Assembly (NCBI GenBank): GCA_964428185.1
Contig: CAYRXH010000005.1
Span: 10,772 to 74,771 of the forward strand
Direction: 5' to 3'
Length of the DNA: 64,000 nucleotides
DNA from: an uncultured Bacteroidales bacterium
GTDB taxonomy: Bacteria; Bacteroidota; Bacteroidia; Bacteroidales; DTU049
In this document: positions 20,880 through 29,943 of the stretch, one piece after another
How the letters are laid out: each line of letters starts with the position of its first letter
Position numbering within the stretch: position 1 is the stretch's first letter
Notes under the pieces: model-generated
Database searches by the model: none
Told to the model about the DNA's origin: nothing
What the model saw: only the letters and a program-made list of their open reading frames with translations
Made by a program: the position numbers and the translations under genes

Positions 20880-22076
20880 ATGGCACATAATCAATCTTTA
20901 CAATTTATTATTATACAAGGCGGAACTTGTGATTATATTAATGTACGTGAACAGGCTCTTTGGGAATCTGCTGAATTACCAGTAGAAAGAGAAGATGTTG
21001 GATTAGCACTATTTTATGTTCATCCTATTTCTGGGTTAATAGGTTGTGATTTAAGTAATCCTGGAAATAACAATACGAATGCAGAATGGACAGTTCCAAT
21101 AGTAAATACGGGACAGTATCATGTTTATATGTTTGCTGTTATGAGATGGACACCAGGTAGTGTATGGGATCAAGGGAGTATAGTATATCATAATGGATAT
21201 TTTTGGCAAAGTTTAGTATTAACAAATAATGAACCTACAGATATTAGTCCCGATTGGGAACAGTTAGATTGTACTAATTTTAATGAATTTAATATATATT
21301 GTACAAATAGTGTTCCTGTACCATTTGAATCAGCATATTTTACATCTATATATAATAGTGAATGTGTAAGTGCTAGGATATATAATATTGCGTGTAATAG
21401 TTATGTAGTTCAAAACATAGCAGCACCTGATATAAACCAGCAACCAAACTTTTTATTACCAATATTAATAAAAGTATGGAATTTGTCCATGACTGAAGAA
21501 GTTATGGAATGTATATATGTTGATGTTATGGCAGGAGAAACATTTTCTAACATTCAATTACCAAATAATGATGGAGTTTATATTATAGAAGTAGGTTATG
21601 GAAGTTATACAAATGTTGTATGGGATAATAATAATCCACCTAATATGATATCATATGAAATAGTAAGAAATTGTGTATTTAATGCAGATTTGCCAACAAA
21701 TCAATATGTAGTATATGGAATATGTAATATAGAATCATGTTGGAAAGCCTTATATGATAAGATAATGTGTAAACCAATAGACCCATGTTGTCAAAGTTGT
21801 GACCCAGAGGAAAAAGAAGAAATAGAAAATTTTAGATATACATTAAATATGATTAATGCATTATGGTTTAATTTAATGTCATATATTGAATTAGAACAAG
21901 GGATATATATGCATATGTATAATATTTACAGTATAAACGGAGAAGTCATAGACCCTGTTAGAATGAATTTTATACAACATATAGCAGATACAATAGAAAA
22001 AATAAATGAATTAACAAATAGATGTGGTGATTGTAATGGCACTCAAAGTAATATAAGTAATTGTACTGAATGTTAA
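20880..22076 (+). CDS. Cys-rich structural protein with a CBM5/12-like carbohydrate-binding motif (candidate receptor-binding or tail protein)
   Basis: WTPGSVWDQGSIVYHNGYFWQSLVLTNNEPTDISPDWEQL resembles the W..Y..G..V.Y.G..Y.......P......W pattern. The C-terminal third holds many Cys (CKPIDPCCQSCDPEE, CGDCNG, CTEC). Confidence 0.45.
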   Translation: MAHNQSLQFIIIQGGTCDYINVREQALWESAELPVEREDVGLALFYVHPISGLIGCDLSNPGNNNTNAEWTVPIVNTGQYHVYMFAVMRWTPGSVWDQGSIVYHNGYFWQSLVLTNNEPTDISPDWEQLDCTNFNEFNIYCTNSVPVPFESAYFTSIYNSECVSARIYNIACNSYVVQNIAAPDINQQPNFLLPILIKVWNLSMTEEVMECIYVDVMAGETFSNIQLPNNDGVYIIEVGYGSYTNVVWDNNNPPNMISYEIVRNCVFNADLPTNQYVVYGICNIESCWKALYDKIMCKPIDPCCQSCDPEEKEEIENFRYTLNMINALWFNLMSYIELEQGIYMHMYNIYSINGEVIDPVRMNFIQHIADTIEKINELTNRCGDCNGTQSNISNCTEC

Positions 22077-22088
22077 GGAGGATATAAT

Positions 22089-22562
22089 ATGTTTGATATA
22101 GTAGAATATAGTAAAACATTTAATTGTTGTGGCAAGCAGTATTTAACGCAGTTAGAATATATTAAAACACGTTATTATACTATTGTACTAACAAAAGATA
22201 AACAGTTTAAAGAAAAAAATTACATTAAAGAATTATATGGTAAAAGAGAAAACAATTGGAATGATTTAAATATTATTCATTATTTTTGGAACTTGATGTC
22301 ATTGATGTATAGATATCAAACTAGATATTATAATCAATATCTATTGAATATAATTACATATGACGAAGTACCTAACGCATTATGGTATAGAGATGAGTTT
22401 AATTTAGAATGTATTAGAAAAACATTGAAATGTATAGGAATAGATATATTACCATTGTTAAGTCTTATAGGTTTAAATTACGTAATACAAATTAAAGATG
22501 GTATTGATTATATGGCAATAGTTCCGAATATGACCTCAAGACCTGATTTTTGGGTAAGATAA
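22089..22562 (+). CDS. Hypothetical protein (157 aa)
   Basis: ORF tightly packed in the rightward operon. No motif recognised. Confidence 0.6.
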   Translation: MFDIVEYSKTFNCCGKQYLTQLEYIKTRYYTIVLTKDKQFKEKNYIKELYGKRENNWNDLNIIHYFWNLMSLMYRYQTRYYNQYLLNIITYDEVPNALWYRDEFNLECIRKTLKCIGIDILPLLSLIGLNYVIQIKDGIDYMAIVPNMTSRPDFWVR

Positions 22563-22658
22563 TATTAAAAAGACAAAGAATAAGGAATAAAGAAAAAGAA
22601 TTAGTTTAAATATTAAAAAATACACATATTAAATTAAAAGAATTAAAAACATAAAATT

Positions 22659-24254
22659 ATGGCTATTTACAAAAAACAACATTTTCACACTGGTCCCGAT
22701 GGAGCTGCTGGGATATTATTTAGAACAGGTAATTTCCCCCGTTCAACAGTATTTAAAGATTTATTTGAATCTGTATTGTTTAAATTAAATCCTGAAGATA
22801 GTGCAACACATGATGTTGCAGGACATTCAAGAATAGAAACAGATCAAAGAGCAATATTAAGAAGTCTTGAAGTTGGTGATGGGTTTACACGATTTGTACA
22901 ATCTCATCATTTACCTGTTGTAATAGCTGCACCTAGTGGACAACATGTATTACATAGTTCAGTTAATAATGGTGATATAGGTGTAGATGAATATATATAT
23001 AGTTACAATAGTGGAGAAACAAGAATGGATTATTTAGTAAGGAGTAGATTATCATTTATATCTTCTAATAATTCCATTGTAATAACACCAAATGGAGAAG
23101 GAGAATATGATTTTCATGTTAATCCTGCTTATAGTGATACATATATGGTAATAATGAATGCAGGTGATAATAATCCTGATTATATAGGTAATAAAATAGA
23201 TACATCATTATATGTAACACCATCAACATTGTTAGGAGTTAATCATGGTAATACAGATACAGTATTAATAAATACAACTCCTAATGGAATATTAGCAAAT
23301 GTTAATTATCAAAATACTAATAGTATAAGTATAGGTGAAGATGCTTTAGGATTATATGCAAATTTAATATTAGATGGCAATACATTGAGTGTTGGTGTAA
23401 ATGGAGTAAAAGTTACAAAACCATGTAATGATATTATTAGTAGCAATAATTCATTAGCAACATCATATAATGTTGTAACTGGTGTATGGGATATAACATT
23501 ATCTTCGTTGATAGGAAGTATAGGAACTCATGATGTTCAACTGTCAGATGGTAATGGTGGTTTTACATGTGTTACAGCACCAAATAATATAAGATTTAAA
23601 TTTGATGCATTTCATGGTGGTGTTTATTTAGGGACATTATTACCTACAAATGGAGTATCAAATGCTACTTCATTTACAATTGGATATAATCAAAATAATA
23701 ATTCTTATTCTTCGTACATGTGTGGAAGAACGAATAATAATACAGGTAATAGTTCAATCATATATGGTCAAGGAGCAATTAATGATATACCATTAGCATT
23801 AGTAAGAGGATTTTCTGAAATATATGGTCCCCCAGAATTAATGTTGGGAAAAAGACAAGAGGGTTCATTTCCAATGATTCGTTTGACTGCTAATGCCGAA
23901 CCTTCATATATGGAATTAGTTAATACTGGAATTACTAATATAAATATTACATTAAATACAGTATGGAGGGTCGAAATTGATATGTTAGCAAATGGTAATG
24001 GCACACCAGCAAGTGCTATATGGAGTAAAGTAGTATTTGGCATAAGAAATATTAATAACAATGTTGAATTTGTTGGTAATCCAAATGTTACAGGTATATT
24101 GCCTGAATATTCAGATTTTACTGATAATATTAGTTTTGGCATACAAATTAATATGACAAATATAAGAATATTTGTTGTTGGATTAAATACAGAAGATATT
24201 ATTTGGGGAGCAATAGTAAGATATGTACGTATAGGAACAGATATTCCTATTTAA
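22659..24254 (+). CDS. Putative tail fibre / receptor-binding protein (531 aa)
   Basis: Last gene of the virion block. The composition is N/G/T/S-rich and beta-rich. The call rests on position only. Confidence 0.4.
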   Translation: MAIYKKQHFHTGPDGAAGILFRTGNFPRSTVFKDLFESVLFKLNPEDSATHDVAGHSRIETDQRAILRSLEVGDGFTRFVQSHHLPVVIAAPSGQHVLHSSVNNGDIGVDEYIYSYNSGETRMDYLVRSRLSFISSNNSIVITPNGEGEYDFHVNPAYSDTYMVIMNAGDNNPDYIGNKIDTSLYVTPSTLLGVNHGNTDTVLINTTPNGILANVNYQNTNSISIGEDALGLYANLILDGNTLSVGVNGVKVTKPCNDIISSNNSLATSYNVVTGVWDITLSSLIGSIGTHDVQLSDGNGGFTCVTAPNNIRFKFDAFHGGVYLGTLLPTNGVSNATSFTIGYNQNNNSYSSYMCGRTNNNTGNSSIIYGQGAINDIPLALVRGFSEIYGPPELMLGKRQEGSFPMIRLTANAEPSYMELVNTGITNINITLNTVWRVEIDMLANGNGTPASAIWSKVVFGIRNINNNVEFVGNPNVTGILPEYSDFTDNISFGIQINMTNIRIFVVGLNTEDIIWGAIVRYVRIGTDIPI

Positions 24255-24273
24255 TATTGAGAGTAATTTTATT

Positions 24274-24304
24274 AAAAAAAAGGTGCTGAAAAATATCAGC
24301 ACCT
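24274..24304 (-). terminator. Intrinsic terminator at the convergence of the rightward and leftward blocks (potentially bidirectional)
   Basis: 9-bp stem AGGTGCTGA (24281-24289) / TCAGCACCT (24296-24304) with a 6-nt loop. An A7 run precedes it on the + strand, which gives a T-run after the hairpin on the - strand. Confidence 0.75.
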
Positions 24305-24397
24305 TAATGGTTAACAATATAACATGAAACACAATTATTATCGAGTAATGAATAAATATAAAGTTATATTTATTCAAACATTGATAATAAATCATTT

Positions 24398-24643
24398 TTA
24401 ATCTTGTTTTATCAAAATAAGTTTGCTTTTGTAACCTTTGCTTAGTTTATAATATTCGTCTGTTGTCATAAACTGATTCCAATCATTGCCTGTCCACCAA
24501 TAGGATTGGTCGAATTCTTCTTGTATCATCGGAAATGTTCTGTACTTTATTCCGTCAACTTTGAAGGTGTGGGTACGTTCTTTTCGGTTGGAACTGATGA
24601 ATTCAAACTCTCTTTTAGTAATACTTTGTTTGTATGTTTTCAT
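24398..24643 (-). CDS. Hypothetical protein (81 aa), last gene of the leftward block
   Basis: ORF with its own consensus promoter 34 nt upstream and the terminator downstream. Confidence 0.55.
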   Translation of the reverse strand: MKTYKQSITKREFEFISSNRKERTHTFKVDGIKYRTFPMIQEEFDQSYWWTGNDWNQFMTTDEYYKLSKGYKSKLILIKQD

Positions 24644-24676
24644 TATTTTGATTTTTTAGGGTTATTAATTATGATA

Positions 24677-24708
24677 CAAATATACAACAATTAATTTTAA
24701 TATCCAAA
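24677..24708 (-). promoter_or_regulatory. Bacteroidota-type promoter (-7 TATATTTG, -33 TTTG)
   Basis: On the - strand, TATATTTG (24677-24684) matches TAnnTTTG. TTTG (24705-24708) lies 20 nt upstream. The ATG is at 24643. Confidence 0.55.
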
Positions 24709-24717
24709 TTTTAGTTG

Positions 24718-25005
24718 TTAATTATATGTTAAAGTTTTTTGTTTTGAATTAAAGAAATTAACTACTCTTAACACATCAACGAAGCAGCACGTCTCTCTTG
24801 TCTGTTCATTATAGACAAGCTCTGAACGTGTTACCTTATAATTCCAACCAAACCCGATTGCGCCGAACACTTCAGTCATCTTCTCAATCCGCCATTGCGG
24901 ATTGATGTCTGTCTTACCTCTCAGCCGTCCGCCATCTATTACACGCTGTGCATCTGAAGGGACTTCTCTTAATTTTTTGTATAATTCTAAATTTTTTGTT
25001 TCCAT
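24718..25005 (-). CDS. Rad52/Sak-like single-strand annealing protein, N-terminal fragment (probably a truncated remnant)
   Basis: LREVPSDAQRVIDGGRLRGKTDINPQWRIEKMTEVFGAIGFGWNY resembles the N-terminal half of Rad52-family phage annealing proteins as I remember them. Composition switches from GC-rich to AT-rich at about 24771, and the ORF stops 17 codons later. Confidence 0.4.
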   Translation of the reverse strand: METKNLELYKKLREVPSDAQRVIDGGRLRGKTDINPQWRIEKMTEVFGAIGFGWNYKVTRSELVYNEQTRETCCFVDVLRVVNFFNSKQKTLTYN

Positions 25006-25020
25006 AATATTTAATTTTTT

Positions 25021-25839
25021 TTAATAAAATAATTCAACAAACTTATTATCTTCGTTTAACACGTATGTTGTGTCTGGTAGTATGCCGTCTTTGCCTACAT
25101 AACCTTTGACAGGCTTATAGGTGTCTTCATTAGCATCATAATAATCCAGCGATAGCACAGACCCGTTACCACCCCTCACACTTGAACCTACTCCGCCCTT
25201 AACTATTGAGTTGTCGCCGCCGACAACACCTGAATAGAGCCCGCCATATAATAATGATTCATTGCCACCAATGACAATAGACCCGTTGCCGCCCATGACA
25301 ACAGACCCGTTGCCGCCCATAACCTTAGACCAGTCAAGTCCTGCTACTATTGTTTCATCACCACCTACAATTAAAGAGAAGTTACCCGCTTTCATATACG
25401 TTAATTTTCCGCCGATAATTACAGCGTAGTCACCACCTATAGCCTTCTCTCCAATGCCTAACCTAACGATTGCACCAATTATACCTATGTGCCCATACAC
25501 GCTTGCAATAAGTTCTGTAGCTGTCAGTCTATCACCCACATACACTACTGTGCCCCCTTTGAACTTTATTAGTCCGTCCAGTGGTATTATGCCTGCTTCT
25601 TCTACTTCAAGAACAACCCATAAGGCTTCATCGCTCCAATCGAACAACGTACCATCACCACATCCCTTTAACGCTCCGTGCAAGCCGTTACCACATTCAG
25701 GGGTAAGCTCCCAGTCGGGAGCTTCTACCCAGCCTGATTGTGGATACTGAAAGCCTTTACGTGAACGATTGTTCTTGTCATTAGTCCGCAACACTAATAC
25801 GTGTCCGTCTTTTACTTTGAATTCTTTTTTTGTTTCCAT
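25021..25839 (-). CDS. Octapeptide-repeat solenoid protein, GC-rich paralog (12 GGxxSxhx units)
   Basis: I prefer the start METKKEFKVKDGHVLVL (25839), which is homologous to the starts of the 37377..38453 and 38528..39277 products. The N-terminal domain, repeats and C-terminal cap are shared. Confidence 0.8.
   Translation of the reverse strand: METKKEFKVKDGHVLVLRTNDKNNRSRKGFQYPQSGWVEAPDWELTPECGNGLHGALKGCGDGTLFDWSDEALWVVLEVEEAGIIPLDGLIKFKGGTVVYVGDRLTATELIASVYGHIGIIGAIVRLGIGEKAIGGDYAVIIGGKLTYMKAGNFSLIVGGDETIVAGLDWSKVMGGNGSVVMGGNGSIVIGGNESLLYGGLYSGVVGGDNSIVKGGVGSSVRGGNGSVLSLDYYDANEDTYKPVKGYVGKDGILPDTTYVLNEDNKFVELFY
25150..25437 (-). repeat. 12 uninterrupted octapeptide units (GGDYAVII ... GGNGSVLS)
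   Basis: Read directly from the translation. Confidence 0.9.
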
Positions 25840-25903
25840 GATTTTTTTTTGGTTATAAATTACATTCCACTGCAATAGTGGCACAACTCTTTATTTTCAA
25901 CTT

Positions 25904-26428
25904 CTACCGAGAACATACATCGCATACATGCTCATCACCATCAGTGGCATGCAGCTTGTGAGCGTGCAATCCGCATGTGTCACACACACGTAAGTTAAGG
26001 TTTTCGGTGCAAGATGGACAATAACGTGAACCATCTATTGCATCGTTCATTGTGTACTTGTATATGTATTTTTCGCATCTGTCGCATACTATGCAATACT
26101 TATGCAAGCAATCTTCGCAATAGTCACCGTCACTTGTTTTGAAAAGGGTTGTGTGGAGATATTTACAGCAATTGCACAAGGACAGGCCACGTTTCTCAGC
26201 GCAATCCGCACAAAGGGGGTGTTTGTTGTCTATCCATGCAACATCATCTTCATAAAAGTTTCCTTCGCAGCAATCGCAAGCAACAAGCCCCATCTCATCG
26301 TAACAACTCCAACATGCGATACCTCTTGGGGTATCATCATAGAAATCAATACTTACATTTATGCTTCTTCCGCAGATTTCACATTTGATTTCTTTGTCAT
26401 TAATTTCAATTTCATTTTTTGTTTTCAT
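25904..26428 (-). CDS. Protein made of five tandem zinc-ribbon (CxxC...CxxC) units
   Basis: CEIC..CWSC / CDCC..CADC / CNCC..CEDC / CDRC..CPSC / CDTC..CDVC, each unit about 33 aa. GC-rich. Confidence 0.7.
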   Translation of the reverse strand: MKTKNEIEINDKEIKCEICGRSINVSIDFYDDTPRGIACWSCYDEMGLVACDCCEGNFYEDDVAWIDNKHPLCADCAEKRGLSLCNCCKYLHTTLFKTSDGDYCEDCLHKYCIVCDRCEKYIYKYTMNDAIDGSRYCPSCTENLNLRVCDTCGLHAHKLHATDGDEHVCDVCSR

Positions 26429-26530
26429 AATTTTTAGATTTATTGGGGTTATTAATTTTTTTTGTTATTAGTATGTTCCTTTTTGTTTGTATGTTTTTAT
26501 GTTCATAAATTTATTTTATAATTGATTAAA

Positions 26531-26932
26531 TTAGATGAATTGTTTATAGTAAATATCGTATTCATTGCTAAAGCTATATACAATATTTTCTTCAACAATA
26601 ATACGTATTGATTCATTAATTAATTCTGAAGATTGATTAATTTTATATTGTGATTTTAATTCTTTTAATTTAGATATGGAATCACTACAATAAATAGCAT
26701 CTTCAACAATAAAAGACCTTTTATTATCACATACTTCTTCACTTTTCCATATTTCAACAAATGGGAATTTGTTTTTCTTGATTGGATAGGTTAGGTCACC
26801 ATAATAACAATTATCTATGACTGCAAATAATGAAGGTTTATCTGTACCATGTTCAATACTTCTTACAATATGTCCTATAATTGTATCTGGATATTTCTTT
26901 TTAATATCAGATACCTTGATATTAAATGCCAT
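26531..26932 (-). CDS. Hypothetical protein (133 aa)
   Basis: ORF only. Confidence 0.55.
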   Translation of the reverse strand: MAFNIKVSDIKKKYPDTIIGHIVRSIEHGTDKPSLFAVIDNCYYGDLTYPIKKNKFPFVEIWKSEEVCDNKRSFIVEDAIYCSDSISKLKELKSQYKINQSSELINESIRIIVEENIVYSFSNEYDIYYKQFI

Positions 26933-26995
26933 AGTATTTATTAAATTATTTTGGTTGTGTTAATTACTTTTGTACTATTTTGATTTAAATGTAAG

Positions 26996-27496
26996 TTAAT
27001 TAACAAAACTCATTAACAAGTCATGTATTATACTTTGGTCATATAAATTATATGATTTAGAATACTTTGAATAATTTAATGTAATTGTATTTATTTTGTA
27101 ATTTATTAATAATTTTAAATCATGTTCAGATAATTCACATATAAATGGAGGAACACTATTGTCAGTTGGGCATATAGGTTCATTTGCAATATCTGTAAAT
27201 AGTTTAAATGACATATTATTTACAAAGTTAATTTGAATAAATGAATGTTTTGTTATGCAACCAAGATAATCATCATGAGAGATAAAATATAATAAATAAA
27301 CATAACCACCACCCTTTACACAGTTACATGCTTCCACAGCAAAACAGTATAATTTGTCATCTTCACTAATTGATATTATGTCTGTTCCTCTCCACATAAT
27401 ATCTTCTTCAACAAAAACTTCACATTTTGTAATTGGATATTGTGCAAACAAGATGTGAGAATAAATAAATAATAGTGTAAATAATAAATTTTTCAT
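26996..27496 (-). CDS. Secreted hypothetical protein (signal peptide)
   Basis: The N-terminus MKNLLFTLLFIYSHILFAQ looks like a cleavable signal peptide. Confidence 0.55.
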   Translation of the reverse strand: MKNLLFTLLFIYSHILFAQYPITKCEVFVEEDIMWRGTDIISISEDDKLYCFAVEACNCVKGGGYVYLLYFISHDDYLGCITKHSFIQINFVNNMSFKLFTDIANEPICPTDNSVPPFICELSEHDLKLLINYKINTITLNYSKYSKSYNLYDQSIIHDLLMSFVN

Positions 27497-27508
27497 AAAT
27501 AAATATAA

Positions 27509-27760
27509 TTAAGGGTTTGACAAATAGGCTTTACCAACATCTGTTATATCATAAAATATAACATCTTGACTTATTTCAACAGGAGATATTGAAGATGTAT
27601 AATATAATATTTCAAAATCTAAACTTGTAATACGATATTGGTTTTCTAATTTAAAATTAATCAATGATGTTGAGTTTTTATCTTTTGCAATAGTATAACC
27701 ATTGATTAAATATTCAAGTATCCATAATTGTTTTTTTAAATCCATAAATGTATGAATCAA
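27509..27760 (-). CDS. Hypothetical protein (83 aa)
   Basis: ORF only. Confidence 0.45.
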   Translation of the reverse strand: MIHTFMDLKKQLWILEYLINGYTIAKDKNSTSLINFKLENQYRITSLDFEILYYTSSISPVEISQDVIFYDITDVGKAYLSNP

Positions 27761-27789
27761 ATAATAATTTTTTTAAGTTACATAATTAA

Positions 27790-28017
27790 TTAATTTAAGC
27801 TGACAAAACAAAATTTATTATTATTTATCCAGTTTTTAATTTTATTTTCTGATTTAATTTTATCACCTTCAGATAATATATAGTTATTTGTTTTGAGATT
27901 TTCTTTGTCAAGCCATAAAATTTTATCAGTAATAAAGTCGTAATAACATTTCCATAACGAGTTGTATTTGATAAAACTTACTGTAACTAAATTGTTTTTT
28001 ATGAAATATTTATTCAT
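27790..28017 (-). CDS. Hypothetical protein (75 aa)
   Basis: ORF. It shares a 4-nt ATGA overlap with the upstream gene. Confidence 0.45.
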   Translation of the reverse strand: MNKYFIKNNLVTVSFIKYNSLWKCYYDFITDKILWLDKENLKTNNYILSEGDKIKSENKIKNWINNNKFCFVSLN

Positions 28018-28217
28018 ATGATAAAAGAAATTAATTCGATAGTATCTTTTTTTACATATCTCATATTACTCTTAATATAGTTATATTTATTTTTTTGAAA
28101 TGGAGTAATAATCAATATAATTAAAATAGTATTTACATAAAATAGTCCTGCTGATAAAAATATCATTATTATACTTGGCAGTAACATAGTGTATTTTAAT
28201 AAATAATAATAGAGCAT
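28014..28217 (-). CDS. Small membrane protein (two TM segments)
   Basis: LLPSIIMIFLSAGLFYV and TILIILIITPF are hydrophobic stretches. Confidence 0.45.
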   Translation of the reverse strand: MLYYYLLKYTMLLPSIIMIFLSAGLFYVNTILIILIITPFQKNKYNYIKSNMRYVKKDTIELISFII

Positions 28218-28244
28218 AATGTTTTTTTTACAAAGTTAGTAAAT

Positions 28245-28505
28245 TTATTTTGTTAGAAATTTTAATAAGTCGTAAACAAATTTGGAATTGTAGTATCTAC
28301 TGTTGTTTATTGTTAAATAAACAGATTCTTTAGTGAATTTCATAAAAAGAAATTCAGCATTAGCTTCATTCATAATTCCGTCATAACAAATGTAATTGTT
28401 TAGTAAAATTCCAACTATATACCCATGAATATATAGGTCATGAAAGCCATCATAGCAAATATATCCATGAGTATTAATAGCTGAAATATTAGAGGTTGTG
28501 ATCAT
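28245..28505 (-). CDS. Hypothetical protein (86 aa)
   Basis: ORF. It overlaps the upstream clamp-like gene's 3' end by 4 nt. Confidence 0.45.
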   Translation of the reverse strand: MITTSNISAINTHGYICYDGFHDLYIHGYIVGILLNNYICYDGIMNEANAEFLFMKFTKESVYLTINNSRYYNSKFVYDLLKFLTK

Positions 28506-29932
28506 AACATTGGCATTAGAAGAAATTTATCATCAATAACAATAGCATCACTATTTTTCAAAAACTTAAATGATAGAGAACCATTACAATGTTTTAAAAT
28601 TGTCAGCATAAATTTATGGTTAAAATTGATGTTAAATAATAAAGATGAATCTGTGTTAGTTTCAGTATCGACAAAATAATTTTCAAGGTTTTTCAAATCT
28701 TCTTGACTTCCAAAATGAATTAATTTGTCTGGTTGTAATATTTTATATTCATAGTGAGAATCTGTAGATGATTCATCTTTATGACAAATTCTTTGCATTA
28801 CACTATATTGATTTATTTCATCATCACTGTTAATAATAGAATTTGAATCGACATAAAATACATCTTTTATATCTTTAGTGCAAATTTTTAGTGATTTAGG
28901 ATTTAGTAATACTATTTTTTCATCATTTGTTTCAGCAAAAACATTTGAATTATCAATTTTGTTAAAAACATAGTATTGATATTTAGCAATGTTCATATTT
29001 GTAATACTGTTTATTTCATAATAATTTTCTATTATATAAGAATAGAATTTATTAAATTGAATAAAAGTATTTAATTTGTTTTTATAAAACAAATTCTGTT
29101 CTATATCAGGTGCGTTAACTTGAAAGTGAGTTGGATTTAATAAATCAATTGTTAGTGTAATTTTATCAAGTGTATTAAAAGATTTAATATCATTTAATAT
29201 ACTTTTAAGTTTTTCTGTTTCTATAACAGATTTAAACATAAAAGAATTAGGGATAACACTTTTAACATTTAATTTGTGAGGTGTTACATTGTTGATTCTA
29301 ATCCATACATCTTTTAGTTTAATATGAACATAATAATCATCATCATTTGTTTTGCTAAAAGTAAATGGAATAATTTTACAATCTAATAATTTAATAATCT
29401 TTTTAAGTGAATTAGGAATTGTAATATTAAAGTTAGTTGTTTTAGGTAAATAATCATAACACATATAATGTGCATCAGTGCCAACAAACATATCTTGGTT
29501 TATGATTATACCACATAAAGTAGGTTTTAAATCATCATTAGATGTAAAATCAAACATTCTTAATACTTTGTCTTTTGAAAGGTTAATATTTTCAGATTCA
29601 ATAAATTCTGGGTCTTTAAATAATTCATTAACAGATGAAAATTCATTTTTATTAATATCAGTTAATTTTATATTTAATACCTTATTTGATAATGTAGATG
29701 AATCTGGATTGAATGTAAGATTTGTATTGTTTGATGTGACAATTTGTTTAAGAGTTTTTAATGGAACATTGAATTCATGTTCATAATAATCATTAAGAAA
29801 TATTTCAATATATATTTTACGATTAGTATATCTAATTATATTTTCTTTAATATAAACATTATCTGAAAAATCTGATTTAAAGTGTTTGCTATAAGCACTG
29901 TCAATTAATTTAATTGCTTGTTTTAAATTCAT
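28502..29932 (-). CDS. Divergent DNA polymerase sliding clamp (DnaN/beta-like)
   Basis: DDLKPTLCGIIINQDMFVGTDAHYMCY parallels rp.L.Gv.i...l..vATDGHRLA. NITIPNSLKKIIKLL, and PHKLNVKSVIPNSFMFKSVIETEKLKSILNDI parallels fPdy..viP...v....l...l. Confidence 0.5.
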   Translation of the reverse strand: MNLKQAIKLIDSAYSKHFKSDFSDNVYIKENIIRYTNRKIYIEIFLNDYYEHEFNVPLKTLKQIVTSNNTNLTFNPDSSTLSNKVLNIKLTDINKNEFSSVNELFKDPEFIESENINLSKDKVLRMFDFTSNDDLKPTLCGIIINQDMFVGTDAHYMCYDYLPKTTNFNITIPNSLKKIIKLLDCKIIPFTFSKTNDDDYYVHIKLKDVWIRINNVTPHKLNVKSVIPNSFMFKSVIETEKLKSILNDIKSFNTLDKITLTIDLLNPTHFQVNAPDIEQNLFYKNKLNTFIQFNKFYSYIIENYYEINSITNMNIAKYQYYVFNKIDNSNVFAETNDEKIVLLNPKSLKICTKDIKDVFYVDSNSIINSDDEINQYSVMQRICHKDESSTDSHYEYKILQPDKLIHFGSQEDLKNLENYFVDTETNTDSSLLFNINFNHKFMLTILKHCNGSLSFKFLKNSDAIVIDDKFLLMPML

Positions 29933-29943
29933 AGTTTTGAATA

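Noticed and set aside
24183-24395. ORF 24183..24395 (-), 70 aa
   Set aside because: It spans the 3' end of the 531-aa gene and the intrinsic terminator hairpin, and its sequence is low complexity. It is most likely spurious.
25454-26437. Plus-strand ORFs 25454..25750, 26102..26437 and 26149..26388, and similarly 43122..43325 and 43932..44189
   Set aside because: They lie antisense to motif-bearing genes in the GC-richer islands, where fewer stop codons occur by chance. No recognisable features.
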